Source: Octopus sinensis
Lineage: Eukaryota
Direction: 5' to 3'
Length of the DNA: 64,000 nucleotides
Assembly (NCBI RefSeq): GCF_006345805.1
Contig: NC_043002.1
Location: 108,996,001 to 109,060,000, forward strand
Shown here: positions 10,182-23,492 of the stretch, piece after piece
Position numbering within the stretch: position 1 is the stretch's first letter
Layout of the letters: each line of letters begins with the position of its first letter
Translations under genes and position numbers: made by a program
Notes under the pieces: generated by a model
Databases searched by the model: none
What the model was told of the DNA's origin: nothing
Seen by the model: the letters and a program-made list of their open reading frames with translations, nothing else

Positions 10182-10903
10182 TCTAGTTTATATGTATGTG
10201 TGCGTGTGTCTCTCTCAATCTGGACAATATTTTCCACTTTCAGAAATGGTTTTCACTCAAATAGTTTCTCTTCAACTAGTGTAGCAAATCTATTTATTAT
10301 CCTATTCACAAATGTTTAGTATTGTCTTTCAAACTGACACCTCTATCTGTTTATTTTATTAAGAGATAGTGAAAGAATCCTATAAGGATATGGAAATTTT
10401 CTGTTCTTTGTCTATAATAGACTTAGTTTAGTTTGAGGAGGTTGCAGATTTTTCAGGTTTAGGGGCCAATCAAATAATTCTAGATTAGAAATTGTTAAAA
10501 TTGAATAAGAAAGAATGAGAATTTTCAGTCTAATCTCTGTTGGAGACTTGGGGAATTATAAGTAAATAGCGGATTAGTATTCTAAGACTTGAGACAGATT
10601 TTTAACTGATAATATTTGGTGGAGTTCCATGACCAATTAAGAAATATTTTAGGTTTAGTTAATTAAACTTATTAATCTTTTGAATAAGTTGAGACATTTT
10701 TTTCACCATTCTCCACAAAGCTATTTATCGTCAAATCTAATCGAATCATTAATTCTTGTAACTAGTTTTGTTTTCTGTGTAATATATGGTATAATAATGT
10801 CATTTCTGTTCTGGTTACCTGTCTTGTCTGTTTGTCTGAGACTGGGAGAAAGTGGATTGTGTGAAAGGTCTAGAATCACTTCTAAACTGTCTGTCATGCG
10901 TAA

Positions 10904-10976
10904 CAGCTTTAACTCTTATGACGTTTCAAATTTAAATTTTTGGTTTGGAACTGATATCTTACACTTGTTGAGTTGT
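10904..10976 (+). promoter_or_regulatory. SELENOM: SECIS element in the SELENOM 3' UTR
   Basis: ATGA 10918-10921; 10-bp helix II GTTTCAAATT/GGTTTGGAAC (10923-10932 with 10942-10951); apical AAA 10934-10936; TGAT 10952-10955; helix I AACTC/GAGTT. Confidence 0.85.
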
Positions 10977-11233
10977 CATGCTTGATGGTACACTTTAGAA
11001 AACAACAACACAAACAATATTCAACTGAAAACAAAAACGAAGAAAAAAATTTCATAAAAAAAGAAAATTTATTCTTTATGAATTTTTAAGAATTTGTCTA
11101 TTAAATGCTTTATATTTACTTACTTCTTGTGTCTGCTTTTCTTTTTCTTTCTTTTTTTCCATTTTTAACACTTCTTTTAGAAAAAATTACACATAAAACT
11201 TTCTGTTTTATTGCAATTTAAACTCAGCTCTGA

Positions 11234-11239
11234 AATAAA
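11234..11239 (+). terminator. SELENOM: Candidate polyadenylation signal of SELENOM
   Basis: AATAAA about 260 nt downstream of the SECIS; position plausible but not proven. Confidence 0.35.
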
Positions 11240-13194
11240 ATTGAAGACATCTCTAAAGAATAACCTGGGAATCTTGAAGTCTGTCTTTTTTCAAGATAAA
11301 CATTCATTGTCACCTGCTACATTTAAGAAATAACTAGTTGTTTGACCTGATTAATCAGAAGTAAACATCGATATGTTATAGGTTCCATTCCTTAGAAAAT
11401 CATGCACCTACTTCTAACAACTCTATCTGAACTGAAACATGAAGAATTAAAAGTTCTATTCTATATTTCTATAAAATATGTTGAAAATGCAGATTCAATG
11501 TTGATGCTTTTTAATTACTCTTCACCCTCTTAGCATTTTGCTTTTAAACTTTTAATTATGAAAATTACATAATTTTTTATGTTCCTTCTCCATTGATGTC
11601 AGTAAAAACACAATGGATTAACTGAAAATATCGCAAGAGTTTCAGAAATGTTTTATCATGCCAAGCCCGCCTGACTGGCTCCTGTGCCAGTGGCATGTAA
11701 AAAGCACCTACTACACTCTTGGAGTGGTTGACATTAGGAAGGGCATCCAGCTGTAGAAACATTGCCTGATTAGACTGGATCCTGGTGCAGCCACTGGCTC
11801 TCCAGACCTCAATCAAAGGAAACTGAAAGAAGCCCATCATATGTATGTTTGTTTGTCCCCCAACATCGCTTGACAACCGATGCTGGTGTGTTTACGTCCC
11901 CGTAACTTAGCGGTTCAGCAAAAGGGACCGATAGAATAAGTACAAGGCTTACAAAGAATAAGTCCTGGGGTCGATTTGCTCAACTAAAGGCGATGCTCCA
12001 GCATGGCCACAGTGAAATGACTGAAACAAGTAAAAGAGTATATTTTTGTAATTAAATATTAGGAATTGTATACAAAACAAATTGTCAAAATACTTTGTGT
12101 TTTATAAAAATATAACCAGTTGATTGCTCATAAATTTCAACAACAAAATCTCATATGGATCCTAGTTGAGAATCACTGCTTTAGAGTGTAGTTGAAAATG
12201 ACAGGTATGAGTTAATTGATATTATTCAAATTGGGAACAGAATATTTCAGTGCTTGCTACCATTCTATAGCCCTCAAACATATTAATAAAGAATACTTCT
12301 ATAGAATGGTTTCTTTATAATCACACATTCACACTGACATACTTTCAGATTAATTCCATTAATGTCTCTGAACATGTCAACAAATTAGAAATCAATTTGA
12401 TACAATCAGGTCTAGACAAGATGGCACCATATTGAATAATAGTCTCCAGGTTTTCACTTATTTGTACCACTTTGGATGATTAGAACCATTCCATTAACAG
12501 CAATTTCCAAAATTATGAACTTTTAAGGAAAGGCTGGCACTTCCTTGATCCTCCAGTAAATATTAAAGTCAGCAAACAGAAATGGAATTTGAACTGAAGA
12601 ACAAATGTGTCTCAAACCAAATGCCCTTCAGTTACATCTCTCTTCATTCTCAGTTCAAACACAGCTGCCATAGTTGTCATTGTTTCTCCATCGTTTAGAC
12701 TGAGCATAGAAGTACTCACCTTGAAAATGTCTTTTTATTTGAATCTAAACCACTTTTTGGTTGGTGATCAAACTGACTGAAACCATCATCATTTAACGTT
12801 CATTTTCCCAAGCTGGTATGGGTCAGACAGTTTGATTGGATCCAATATCTGAAAAGACTGCTGAGTTCTAGTGTCAGCTTTGGTGTGTTTTCTATGGCTG
12901 GATGCCCTTCCTAATGCCAACCACCTTACAGTTTGTATGAGGTGCTGCATTTTTCATGACGCCAACACTAGTGAGCTTTCCAAGTAAGTTGCAAAAGGAC
13001 AGAAGGGGTGGGGACCTGCGTGATTAAGTAGTGGGTGAGGATGGAGTAGTATCAGGTAAACTATAATAGAGAGACAGGCACAGGTGTCTTGCTATAGAGA
13101 TCTGTGCTTGTCCCTCTAATGTAAATATTAGAGAAATGTATTCATTTCTGAAGCTGGTGTTAATATTCCAAAACCTTGTAATCTTATTAACAGT

Positions 13195-13755
13195 TCATCT
13201 CAGACCTTCAGCTGTGCCGGTGGCACATAAAAAGCACCATTCAAGCATGATCGATGCCAGTGCTGCATGACTGGCTCCTGTGCCAGTGGGACATAAAAAG
13301 CACCCTTTAAACGTGGTTGATGCCGGTGCCACCTGACTAGTCCCATGCTGGTGGCACATAATAAAACACCATTCATGCATGATCGTTGCCAGTGCTGCCT
13401 GACTGGCTCCTATGCCAATGGCACGTAAAAAGCACCATTCGAGCATGGTCATTGCCAGCGCTCCATGCTGGTGGCACGTAAAAAGCACCATTTGAGCAAG
13501 GTCGATGCCAGTGCCAGCTGACTAGACCTGTGCTTGAATGTGGTCGATGCCAGTACTGCCTAACTGACCCTCATGCTGGTGGCATGTAAAAAGCACCACT
13601 ACACTCTCGAAATGGTTGATGTTAGGAAGACCATCCAGCTGTAGAAACTTTGCCAGATCAGATTGGTGGCTGGTGCAGCCTTCTGGCTTGCCAGCCCTCA
13701 GTCAAACTGTCCAACCCATGCCAGCATGGAAAGCGGACATTAAACAACGATGATA
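13195..13755 (+). mobile_element. RTE LINE 3' UTR with a tandem array of ~50-60-nt GTGGCACGTAAAAAGCACC subrepeats
   Basis: About six subrepeats followed by the standard 3' block. Confidence 0.8.
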
Positions 13756-14087
13756 TTAAAGTAGATCCAATTATAACCCCTTCCTTGGAAGCATCAGCCT
13801 GATACTTGATTCAAGATTTAGTTATTGCCACTGTTTAACCACAGGCCAGCTCCCCTGATAGAGCACACTTGTTATCTAAACTATTTCTGTTACCCCAATG
13901 TGGCCTTCTTTTTGTAAAACAAGGAAATATAATTTAATACTTTTGGCTACTATTTCTAACATGTTGGGGTAAGAAATCCTTCAGTCATAAGCAAAATTTT
14001 GCCCACTAATAAATTTTAAACCAACTGCTCCCTCTAAAAACCAGTATAAAAAGAAAAAGGCTTAAACCTTAAGACCAAAATGGTAGA

Positions 14088-14314
14088 TTAACCCTTTCAT
14101 TACAAACCTGGCTGAAACCACCTCTGGCTCTAGTACAAATGTCTTGTTTCCATAAGTTTTGAATTAAAATTTTCCACCAAACCTTAGTCACAATTTATGT
14201 TCTTAACACTAGCTCAATGATAACAAAGTTATTTTACTAAATTCTTTGTTATATTTAAAGTAATTGAAAGAAATACAGAGCATCTCAAAATAAATACAGT
14301 AACGAAAGGGTTAA
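14088..14314 (+). mobile_element. piggyBac-like MITE family 2
   Basis: TTAA-CCCTTT ... AAAGGG-TTAA termini; homologous to 32606-32829, 36595-36825 and 36849-37079. Confidence 0.85.
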
Positions 14315-14927
14315 TATTAGTAACAATCGTAAAGTGGTCAGCCATCGGAATTGTTAACACTCTGGACGAAATGCTTTGTAGCATTTTGCCCGTGTTTTTG
14401 ATCTGAGTTCTAATTCCACTGAGGTCAACGTTACCTTCTATCCTTTCAGGGTCAATAAAATAAGTACCAGTTGAAGACTGAGGTCGACGAAATTGACTTA
14501 TCCCCTCCACTAAAATTGCTGCCCTTATGCCAAAATTTGGAACTAATATTGGTTACATATTTATAAACTTGTAAAAGTATTCATAATTTTTCTTAGCAGA
14601 GAAACACCTCGGGTTCTTTTGCACATGGAATTTTTCATGATATTAAAATGGTTCCTGTTTCTATAACAAGTGACTGACAGCCCTTCAAGAATAACCACAA
14701 TCTTCCATATATGTGACCAGTTAACCTGCTATTTAAAAAAAAAGAGAAAAATGTTTAAGCAATTGGTTTTTAAAAAAAACTGCCTTGATGTTAAAATTCC
14801 AGGAATTACAGAGCTGTTAGGATAGGTTACAGTTATTTGTCCTCCACATGGCTAAAGGAAACTTTCACAAATTGTTTTTAGGGGTGAAAAAAAAGACATA
14901 AATTCATCCAAGAATCAAACTTGTGTT

Positions 14928-15736
14928 TTAACCCTTTAACATTAAAACCAACCAATTCCAGCTCAAATATTTCACCTGTTTTATGTTCAAACTGGCCGTG
15001 TCCAGCTTCTCACATTTATCCTATAATGTCATTGTAATAATAAACAATCATAGGCATAGGAGTGGCTGAGTGGTAAGTAGCTTGCTTACGAACTACATGG
15101 TTCCAGGTTCAGTCCCACAGCGTGGCACCTTGGGCAAGTGTCTTCTACTATAGCCTCGGGCCGACCAAAGCCTTGTGAGTGGATTTGGTAGACGGAAACT
15201 GAAAGAAGCCCGTCGTATATATGTATATATATATATATATATATGTATGTTTGTGTCTTTGTTTGCCCTCAACATCACTTGACAACCGATGGTTGTCACA
15301 GTTCGGCAAAAGAGACCGATAGAATAAGTACTAGGCTTCTAAAGAATAAGTCCTGGGGTCGATTTGCTCGACTAAAGGTGGTGCTCCAGCATGGCCGCAG
15401 TCAAATGACTGAAATAAGTAAAAGAGTAAAAGATATAAATACATATATGCAAACATATAAATCAATATATATATATATACATCTATACATATACATCTAT
15501 ACTATGAATGTATACATATACATATGTGCAGATGTATACATATATATATGCATAATATATAAATGACTGAAACATTATATATATATAATATATAAATGAC
15601 AGAAACAAGTAAAAGAGTAATCACTTCATCAAAACCTCAAAGCTACAAGATCACGTATGATTAATTCAAAACAATGTGAATATATAAGAATTACATTTGA
15701 CAGAGTAATCCAAACGTCTGAATGCTAAAGGGTTAA
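14928..15736 (+). mobile_element. piggyBac-like MITE family 1 interrupted by a family B SINE (~15051-15430) and TA-rich sequence
   Basis: TTAA termini at 14928-14931 and 15733-15736; SINE head AGGCATAGGAGTGGCTGAGTGGTAAG near 15051. Confidence 0.75.
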
Positions 15737-15895
15737 TAATGTTTGTTCAAAGCTGATATCATTTGGTTTCTTGCCAGACTGCCATAAACTCAAACAGCTG
15801 CAGTGTTTAAAGGTGAAGGTTTTTTTTTCTGTATTTTTGTAAAACAGGAAAATAGTTATAAAAGTTAGTGGTACGTAAATCTCTATGTAAGAATA

Positions 15896-16291
15896 TCTTT
15901 ATATATAAAAGTGAGGTTGTGTGCTGTCTGTCTCCTACGATTTAGATTCCTTACTCCCACATTTTGCGGTGCAGTGTAACCAAAACCGGGTATCTTATAG
16001 TCGTGATTCATATCGAGCCCTTCTGGGTATTAGCGCGCGTCTACGATGAGTCTACGATTTTAAAAAAATTTACCATCATTTTTTCCCATTTTTAATGCAT
16101 TTTTTTTGCTATTATATAAGGGAAGTAACTCTCTAAAAATGTATTATTAAATCTCAACGTAAAAAGCTACAGTAACACCCCCCCGCTTTGTGGTTAGCCA
16201 TATTGAGATGGCTATTATACTTTACATCTCTAAAAATGCTTATATAGTTATTTCCCTTACAAACCTGAGCAACGCCGGGCGATACTGCTAG
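15896..16291 (+). mobile_element. Non-autonomous Helitron-like element
   Basis: A|TC 5' end, subterminal hairpin (CC(T/C)GAGCAACGCCGGG), CTAG|T 3' end, inserted in an AT site without TSD; copies at 23096-23492 and 54722-55118. Confidence 0.85.
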
Positions 16292-16508
16292 TTTCAGATA
16301 AATGTATTCCTAGGTTGATTGTTGATTAAACCCAGGTCAACTGTGACTGAGCAGAACTATGAACAAAGTCATTCTAGCCATGGCCATCCAGTCTGCTTAA
16401 GAATATCTAGGAATATATTGTCTAATATTTCTTTTCCTTTTTGCAAGACATTGAGGTGTGATTTCGGGGAGATTCAGGTGTTGTTTAAATTAGATTTTAA
16501 TGGATGGA

Positions 16509-16891
16509 TGGAAGCACTCCATCGGTTACGACGACGAGGGTTCCGGTTGATCCGAATCAACAGAACAGCCTGCTCGTGAAATTAATGTGTAAGTGGCTGA
16601 ACACTCCTCAGACACGTGTACCCTTAACGTAGTTCTCGGGGATATTCAGCATGACACAGAGAGTGACAAGGCCGGCCCCTTGAAATACAGGTACAACAGA
16701 AACAGGAAGTAAGAGTGAGAGAAAGTTGTGGTGAAAGAGTACAGCAGGGATCACCACCATCCCCTGCCAGAGCCTCGTGGAGCTTTAGGTGTTTTTGCTC
16801 AATAAACACTCACAACGCCCGGTCTGGGAATCGAAACCGCGATCCTATGACCGCGAGTCCGCTGCCCTAACCACTGGGCCATTGCACCTCC
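16509..16891 (-). mobile_element. tRNA-derived SINE, family C, full length
   Basis: Minus-strand head GGAGGTGCAATGGCCCAGTGGTTAGGGCAGCGGACTCGCGGTCATAGGATCGCGGTTTCGATTCCC with A and B boxes. Confidence 0.88.
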
Positions 16892-17854
16892 AGATTTTAA
16901 TAGTGAATATCTTAAGAGAAAGAATGTAAGGTCAAGTTGATATTAATAACAGAAAAGTAAGATATTGGCATTGTCTATGCTTTCTGGTACCTCAATGTGT
17001 AAACAGTCAAGACTCTTAACTTTTGATGACCAGAGTTCTCCTTACTTTAAATAGGAACCACAGATTGGAAGTCAGAAATTGCCACTGTAAACTTGATAAA
17101 AGCATTTAGGGTGATTTGTGTCCTAAGTGTATTTTGCATCTCTTAAATATAGAACTGTAATACAATCCATAGTGTGAATCCTGACAGGTTGGAATCGGTT
17201 GTTCAACCATGTTGAAGGATGAATGAATGCTAAAATGGACAGGTTTCCTCAAGCACAGCAAAATGCCAATAATCTCAGACCTTTGTCATCGTCTCTGTAA
17301 GGTTCAGCATCTGGGGTTCAGCCTTCAGTACTTTGTCCCATATCTTTCTGGGTCTCTCTTTACCACAAGTTCCATCCATTTTAAGCAATAGGTACTTCTT
17401 TATGCAATTGTCCTCATCCATACACATCATCATCATCATCATCATCGTTTAATGTCCACTTTCCATGCTAGCATGGGTTGGACGATTTGACTGAGGGCTG
17501 GCAAACCAGATGGCTGCACCAGGCTCCAATCTTGATCTGGCAGAGTTTCTACAGCTGGATGCCCTTCCTAATGCCAACCACTCCGAGAGTGTAGTGGGTG
17601 CTTTTTACATGCCACCGGCATTGGGGTCAGCCAGGCAGTACTGGCAATGACCTCGCTCGAATCTTTTTACACATGCCACCAGCACAGGTGCCAGTAAGGC
17701 AATGTTGGTAACGAGCACGCTCGAATGGTGCCCTTTTACATGCCACCGGCACGGAAGCCAGTTGGCTGCTCTGGCAATGATCAAGCTCGGATGGTGCTCT
17801 TGGCACCCTACTAGCACGAGCACAAGTGCCAGTAAGGCGACGCTGGTAACCACA

Positions 17855-18230
17855 TGACAAAATTAGTACACTTGCCTAGCTTCCCTTTTAGCTACTTGAT
17901 ACGGTTCTTTTTTACCTCCACTCTTCCACACTTTCCAAACCTGTATCTTCTCTTTTATGGCCCTTTCAATCTCACTGTTCCACCATCGTGTGACCCTTGG
18001 TCTGGCAGAAGCTTTGCTCCAGTTGCAGACTTGGTCTGTCACCCTCAATAGGTTATCCGGTAAGAACTTCCAGTTCTCCTCTGTGTCATACATCTCTGTC
18101 TCTTCCTCCTTCTTGTCAAATGGCTCAATTACAATATCTCTATATTGAAGGATCCTTAAGTTTCCACAACCTTCTTATCCATATTGGCTTGTGTCCTTGG
18201 AACCCTCTAGTTCCAAGTCTAAAGTCACTA
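17855..18230 (-). mobile_element. RTE-clade LINE ORF2 fragment (linker between endonuclease and RT)
   Basis: ORF 17863-18093 WKFLPDNLLRVTDQVC...RWWNSEIERAIKEK..WK; homologous fragment at 44360-44600. Confidence 0.7.
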
Positions 18231-18385
18231 ATCTATATAATATGTGTGTATGTATGTGCTGTGTATGTATGTATGTATATAAGTGTGTATGTGTGTGTGT
18301 GTGAGAGAGAGAGAGAGACTGAGTGTATGTATATATATGTGTGTATGTATGTGCTGTGTATGTATGTATGTATGTATGTATGTAA

Positions 18386-18419
<34 letters not shown>

Positions 18420-19080
18420 CTGAGTTTGTCTCCCACCATCACTTGACCACTGCTGTTGGCTTGTTTGCATCCCCATAGCTTAGCAGTTCGACAAAAGAGA
18501 TCAATAGAATAAACACCTGACTTAAAAACAAATACTGGGATCGATTTGTTTGACTAATTCCTTCAAGATGGTGCTCCAGTATGGCCACAGTCTAGTAAGA
18601 GAAACAAGTAAACAACAAAAGTTTTCAAGAACCAAATTATCAAAGGTCTCCTTCTCGTTTCCAGACAGGGAGCTCCATTTCCAGCTGGGGTCAATAGATA
18701 TGACCATCTCGTCTTTTATTCTGATTTTATTACCAATGTTAACATTATGCAATGTGTCCAGCTTTTGAAATGGCATGTTGTCATTAAAGAAAGCCTGACT
18801 GCTATTTCTAGCATTTCAAACGAATAGAGGCTTCCCGTGTTGGCTCGTAACTCCTCAGTACTAGAGTAAAGCTAAGAAATTATCCTGAGATGAAAGAGTG
18901 AATCACAACTAAAGTACAAGTCAGCATCAACACCATCACCACCATCACCATCATCTTAATTATCTTCATCTTCATTATCATCATCATCATTAGTGAAAAT
19001 ATGAGATTTTAAAAATTATGGCCCCACTTATTATTATCAACCCCACCACTACCATCATAACTGTCTTCGTCCCCACAATC

Positions 19081-19405
19081 AACATCATCATCATCATCAT
19101 CGCCATCATCATCATCATCATCTCTTCATCATCATCTTCATCATCTTCATCATCATCATCATCTTCATCATATCTCATCATCATCATCTTCATCATCTCA
19201 TCATCATCATCTTCCTCATCTCATCATCATCTCTTCATCATCATCATCATCATCATCATCATCTTCATCATCATCTCTTCATCATCATCATCATCTTCAT
19301 CATCATCATCATCTCATCATCATCATCATCATCATCATCTTCATCATCATCATCATCTCATCATCATATCATCATCATCACCTTCTCATCATCTTCATCA
19401 TCATC

Positions 19406-19436
<31 letters not shown>

Positions 19437-19835
19437 CCTTCATCATCATCTTCATCATCATCTTCATCATCATCATCATCGTCGTCATCATCTTCATCAT
19501 CATCGTCATCATCATCGTCAACATCATCATCACCTTCATCATCATCTTCATCATCTTCATCATCATCATCATCATCATCTTCCTCATCATCATCATCATC
19601 ATCTTCCTCATCATCATCATCATCATCATCATCTTCATCATCATCATCTTCATCATCATCATCATCATCTTCATCGTCATCATCATCGTCATCATCATCA
19701 TCATCATCATCATCTTCATCATCATCATCGTCATCATCATCATCATCATCATTCATCACCTTCATCATCATCTTCATCATCATCTTCATCATCATCATCA
19801 TCGTCGTCATCATCACCTTCATCATCATTTTCATC

Positions 19836-19871
<36 letters not shown>

Positions 19872-20220
19872 TTCATCATCATCGTCATCATCATCGTCAA
19901 CATCATCATCACCTTCATCATCATCTTCATCATCTTCATCATCATCATCGTCATCATCTTCATCATCATCATCTTCATCATCATCATCTTCATCATCATC
20001 ACCTTCATTATCATCTTCATCTTCATCATCATCTTCATCGTCATCATCGTCATCATCATCATCACCATCACCTTCATCATCATCTTCTTCATCATCATCG
20101 TCATCATCGTCATCATCATCATCACCATCACCTTCATCATCATCGTCATCATCATCATCATCGTCATCATCATCATCATCGTCATCATCTTCATCATCAT
20201 CATCGTCGTCGTCAACATCA
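19081..20220. repeat. Degenerate (CAT/CTT/CGT)n trinucleotide array, ~1.1 kb
   Basis: Directly visible; source of the poly-H/S/D/M ORFs. Confidence 0.97.
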
Positions 20221-20848
20221 TTACAATCATGATTATCAACTAATGTTATCCTCCTTCTACACTTATCTCTTCACCACCATCACCATCCCCACCATCCAGC
20301 ACCAGTAGCAACAGCAGCAGCAGCAATAACAGCAGCCATGAACCTTGAATGTATTTAGGTCGTGATGTTTCTTGCCAAAATTCTGCACTATGATGTTCTC
20401 TGAGGGTTGATGTGTGTGTGTGTGTGCGCGCGCACGTGCGTGTCTATGTGTGTGTGTGTGTGTGTGTATGAGGTCGGTTGTACTGGTATCGGGATGAGGT
20501 AAGAAGGTGCTACTCTTTACAAATACCCAGACACAAACAGTAAATGGAGTCACGTTAACCTTAAACCTGATACCCTGATTTGTAGCATTGATATATGCTA
20601 CTGTTGTTTAGCCCTAGGTTAATCTTCCTCAAGCAAACATTCCAGCCGTGACCATCACTTTCTTTATTCGGATATAGTTTCTCTAAAACTACTTTATCTT
20701 TTCCCCTTAAACCCTTTTAATACCAACCTACCAAAAACTGGATCTGTGAGACAAAGGGATCAAAATAAAAGCCTTCAATCAAAATTTATATTCCTAACAT
20801 CATTATTGTATCATCATCTTCAATGTCCACCTTTCCCATGCTTGCATG

Positions 20849-21567
20849 GGAATTGGTTGAGACCAGATGGAATTGGTTGCGAATAGATGCAATTGGTTCA
20901 GGCCAGATAAAATTGGTTGAGGCTGGATGGAATTGGCTGAGGCCAGATGGAATTGGTTGAGGCCAGATGGAATTGGTTGAGGCCAGATAGAATTGGTTGA
21001 GGTCAGATGGAATTGGTTGAGGCCAGATAGAATTGGTTGAGGCCAGATGGAATTGGTTGAGGTCGGATGGAATTGGTTGAGGCTAGATGGAATTGGTTGA
21101 GGCCAGATAGAATTGGTTGAGGCCAGATGGAATTGGTTGAGGCCAGATGGAATTGGTTGAGGCCAGATAGAATTGGTTGAGGTCGGATGGAATTGGTTGA
21201 GGTCGGATGGAATTGGTTGAGGTCGGATGGAATTGGTTGAGGTCGGATGGAATTGGCTGAGGCCAGATGGAATTGGTTGAGGCCAGATGGAATTGGCTGA
21301 GGCCAGATGGAATTGGTTGAGGCCAGATAGAATTGGCTGAGGCCAGATAGAATTGGCTGAGGCCAGATGGAATTGGCTGAGGCCAGATGGAATTGGTTGA
21401 GGTCGGATGGAATTGGTTGAGGTCGGATGGAATTGGTTGAGGCCAGATGGAATTGGCTGAGGCCAGATAGAATTGGTTGAGGCCAGATGGAATTGGTTGA
21501 GGCCAGATGGAATTGGTTGAGGCCAGATAGAATTGGTTGAGGCCGGGTGGAATTGGTTGAGGCTGGA
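20849..21567. repeat. 20-bp minisatellite GGAATTGGTTGAGGCCAGAT, about 35 copies
   Basis: Strict 20-nt period with variant units. Confidence 0.97.
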
Positions 21568-22199
21568 TGTTCTTCCTGTCACCAACCCTTATCTGTTTGC
21601 AGGCAAGGTAGTGAAGGCACATGGCTTAGTAGTTAGGGTATCTAGATCACAATCATAAGGTTGTGAGTTCAATTCCCAGCAACATATTTTGTTCTAGAGC
21701 TAGACACTTTATTTCTCATTGCTCCAGTCTCCTCAGCTAGCAAAAATGAGTTGTACCTGTAATTCAAAAGGGCCAACCTTGTCACACTCTGTGTCATGCA
21801 AAATCTCCCTTAAGATTACATTAAGAGTATGCATGTCTGTGGAGTACTCAGCCACTTGCATATCAATTCCATGAACTGGCTGTTTGGTTCCTTTTATCAA
21901 CTGGAACACTCATCGTTGAAACCAACAGAGAGCCAGGGCCAGGCAGCGTAATGTTTCCTCATTGGCCAGACAGGTTTCCACAGAAGATTGAAAACGAAGG
22001 ACACTGCTTGTATGACAGTGACACTCATTTACATCTATTAGATGATCTCAAGAGGAGGAGACTCACAAACACATACATATACATATGTAAATAAAATAAG
22101 TACCAGGCAGTGTTGAAATTGATATACCAACTCTCTCTCTCTCACTCACTCTCTCTCTCTCACTCCCACTCTCACTCTCTCTCTCTCTCCCATTCTCTC

Positions 22200-22670
22200 T
22201 CACTCTCACTCTGTCTCTCTCTTTATCCCCTCCCTCTCTCTGTATCCCCTTCCTCTCTCTTTATCCTCTCCCTCTCTCTTTATCCCCTCCCTCTCTCTTT
22301 ATCCTCTCCCACTCTCTTTATCCCCTCTCCCTCTCTTTATCCCCTCCCTCTCTCTTTATCCCCTCCCTCTCTCTGTATCCCCTTCCTCTCTCTTTATCCT
22401 CTCCCTCTCTCTTTATCCCCTTCCTCTCTCTTTATCCCCTCCCTCTCTCTGTATCCCCTCCCTCTCTCTGTATCCCCTTCCTCTCTCTTTATCCTCTCCC
22501 TCTCTCTTTATCCCCTCCCTCTCTCTGTATCCCCTCCCTCTCTCTGTATCCCCTTCCTCTCTCTTTATCCTCTCCCTCTCTCTTTATCCCCTCCCTCTCT
22601 CTGTATCCCCTTCCTCTCTCTTTATCCCCTCTCTCTCTCTTTATCCCCTCCCTCTCTCTTTATCCTCACC
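22200..22670. repeat. CT-rich ~19-20-bp minisatellite (TATCCCCTCCCTCTCTCTK)
   Basis: Directly visible tandem units. Confidence 0.9.
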
Positions 22671-23095
22671 CTCACCAATTTCAGGCCTTGTCTGTTTTAA
22701 AAATGACTATTTTGGAAGGTGAGTGTGTAACTTGAAGGATGTCTGGCTGCTGTTTCTAGCGGGTTAATCAACTATGTACTGTTCCTTCCATTTATTGAAG
22801 CTGTATGTCACCGGTGTCAGAGGAGCATAAAATAGTTATCTTGTGGGACAGATCGGTTTTCTAATGCACTGCTGTGAGAAATAGGTTGATGGCTTGACAT
22901 TTCAGGAACAAAGAACAAAGAACAGAGTGGAGTGTACTTTAGCAATGGATCATTAGAATTATTGTATTTATGCATGAGAATATATGTGTGTGTGTGTGGG
23001 GGGGTATGTCAAGCCATCCAATCCTTGCTTTATGGAAAGTGGATGTTAAATGATGATAATGATGATGAAGATGATTTATATATATATATATATAT

Positions 23096-23492
23096 TTTTA
23101 TATATAAAAGTGAGGTTGTGTGCTGTCTGTCTCCTATGATTTAGATTCCTTACTCCCACATTTTCCGGTGCAGTTTAACCAAAACTGGGTATCTTATAGT
23201 CGTGATTCATATTGAGCCCTTCTGGGTATTAGCACGCGTCTACGATGAGTCTACGATTTAAAAAAAAATTTACCATCATTTTTTTCCATTTTAATGCATT
23301 TTTTTCGCTATTATATAAGGGAAGTAACTCTCTAAAAATGACTACGATGAGTCAACGATTTAAAAAAAATTTACCATAATTTTTTTTCCATTTTTAATGC
23401 ATTTTTTTGCTATTTTTTTACTATAACTCTCTAAAAATGCTTATATAGTTATTTCCCTTACAAGCCCGAGCAACGCCGGGCGATACCGCTAG
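23096..23492 (+). mobile_element. Helitron-like element, same family as 15896-16291
   Basis: Near-identical sequence; CCCGAGCAACGCCGGG hairpin and CTAG|T end. Confidence 0.85.

Noticed and set aside
11577-14730. Possible minus-strand exons (near 11623, 12720 and 14570-14725)
   Set aside because: Splice-like signals are present but phases do not join and the peptides resemble nothing I recognise
18522-18776. 84-aa minus-strand ORF
   Set aside because: Partly within a SINE tail, no donor site, no family match
20849-21567. Regular array resembling a CRISPR
   Set aside because: Contiguous units without unique spacers in eukaryotic DNA, and no cas genes
19018-22700. Poly-H/S/D/M, PIPSGLNQF-repeat and LS-rich ORFs
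   Set aside because: Artefacts of the trinucleotide, 20-bp and CT-rich tandem repeats
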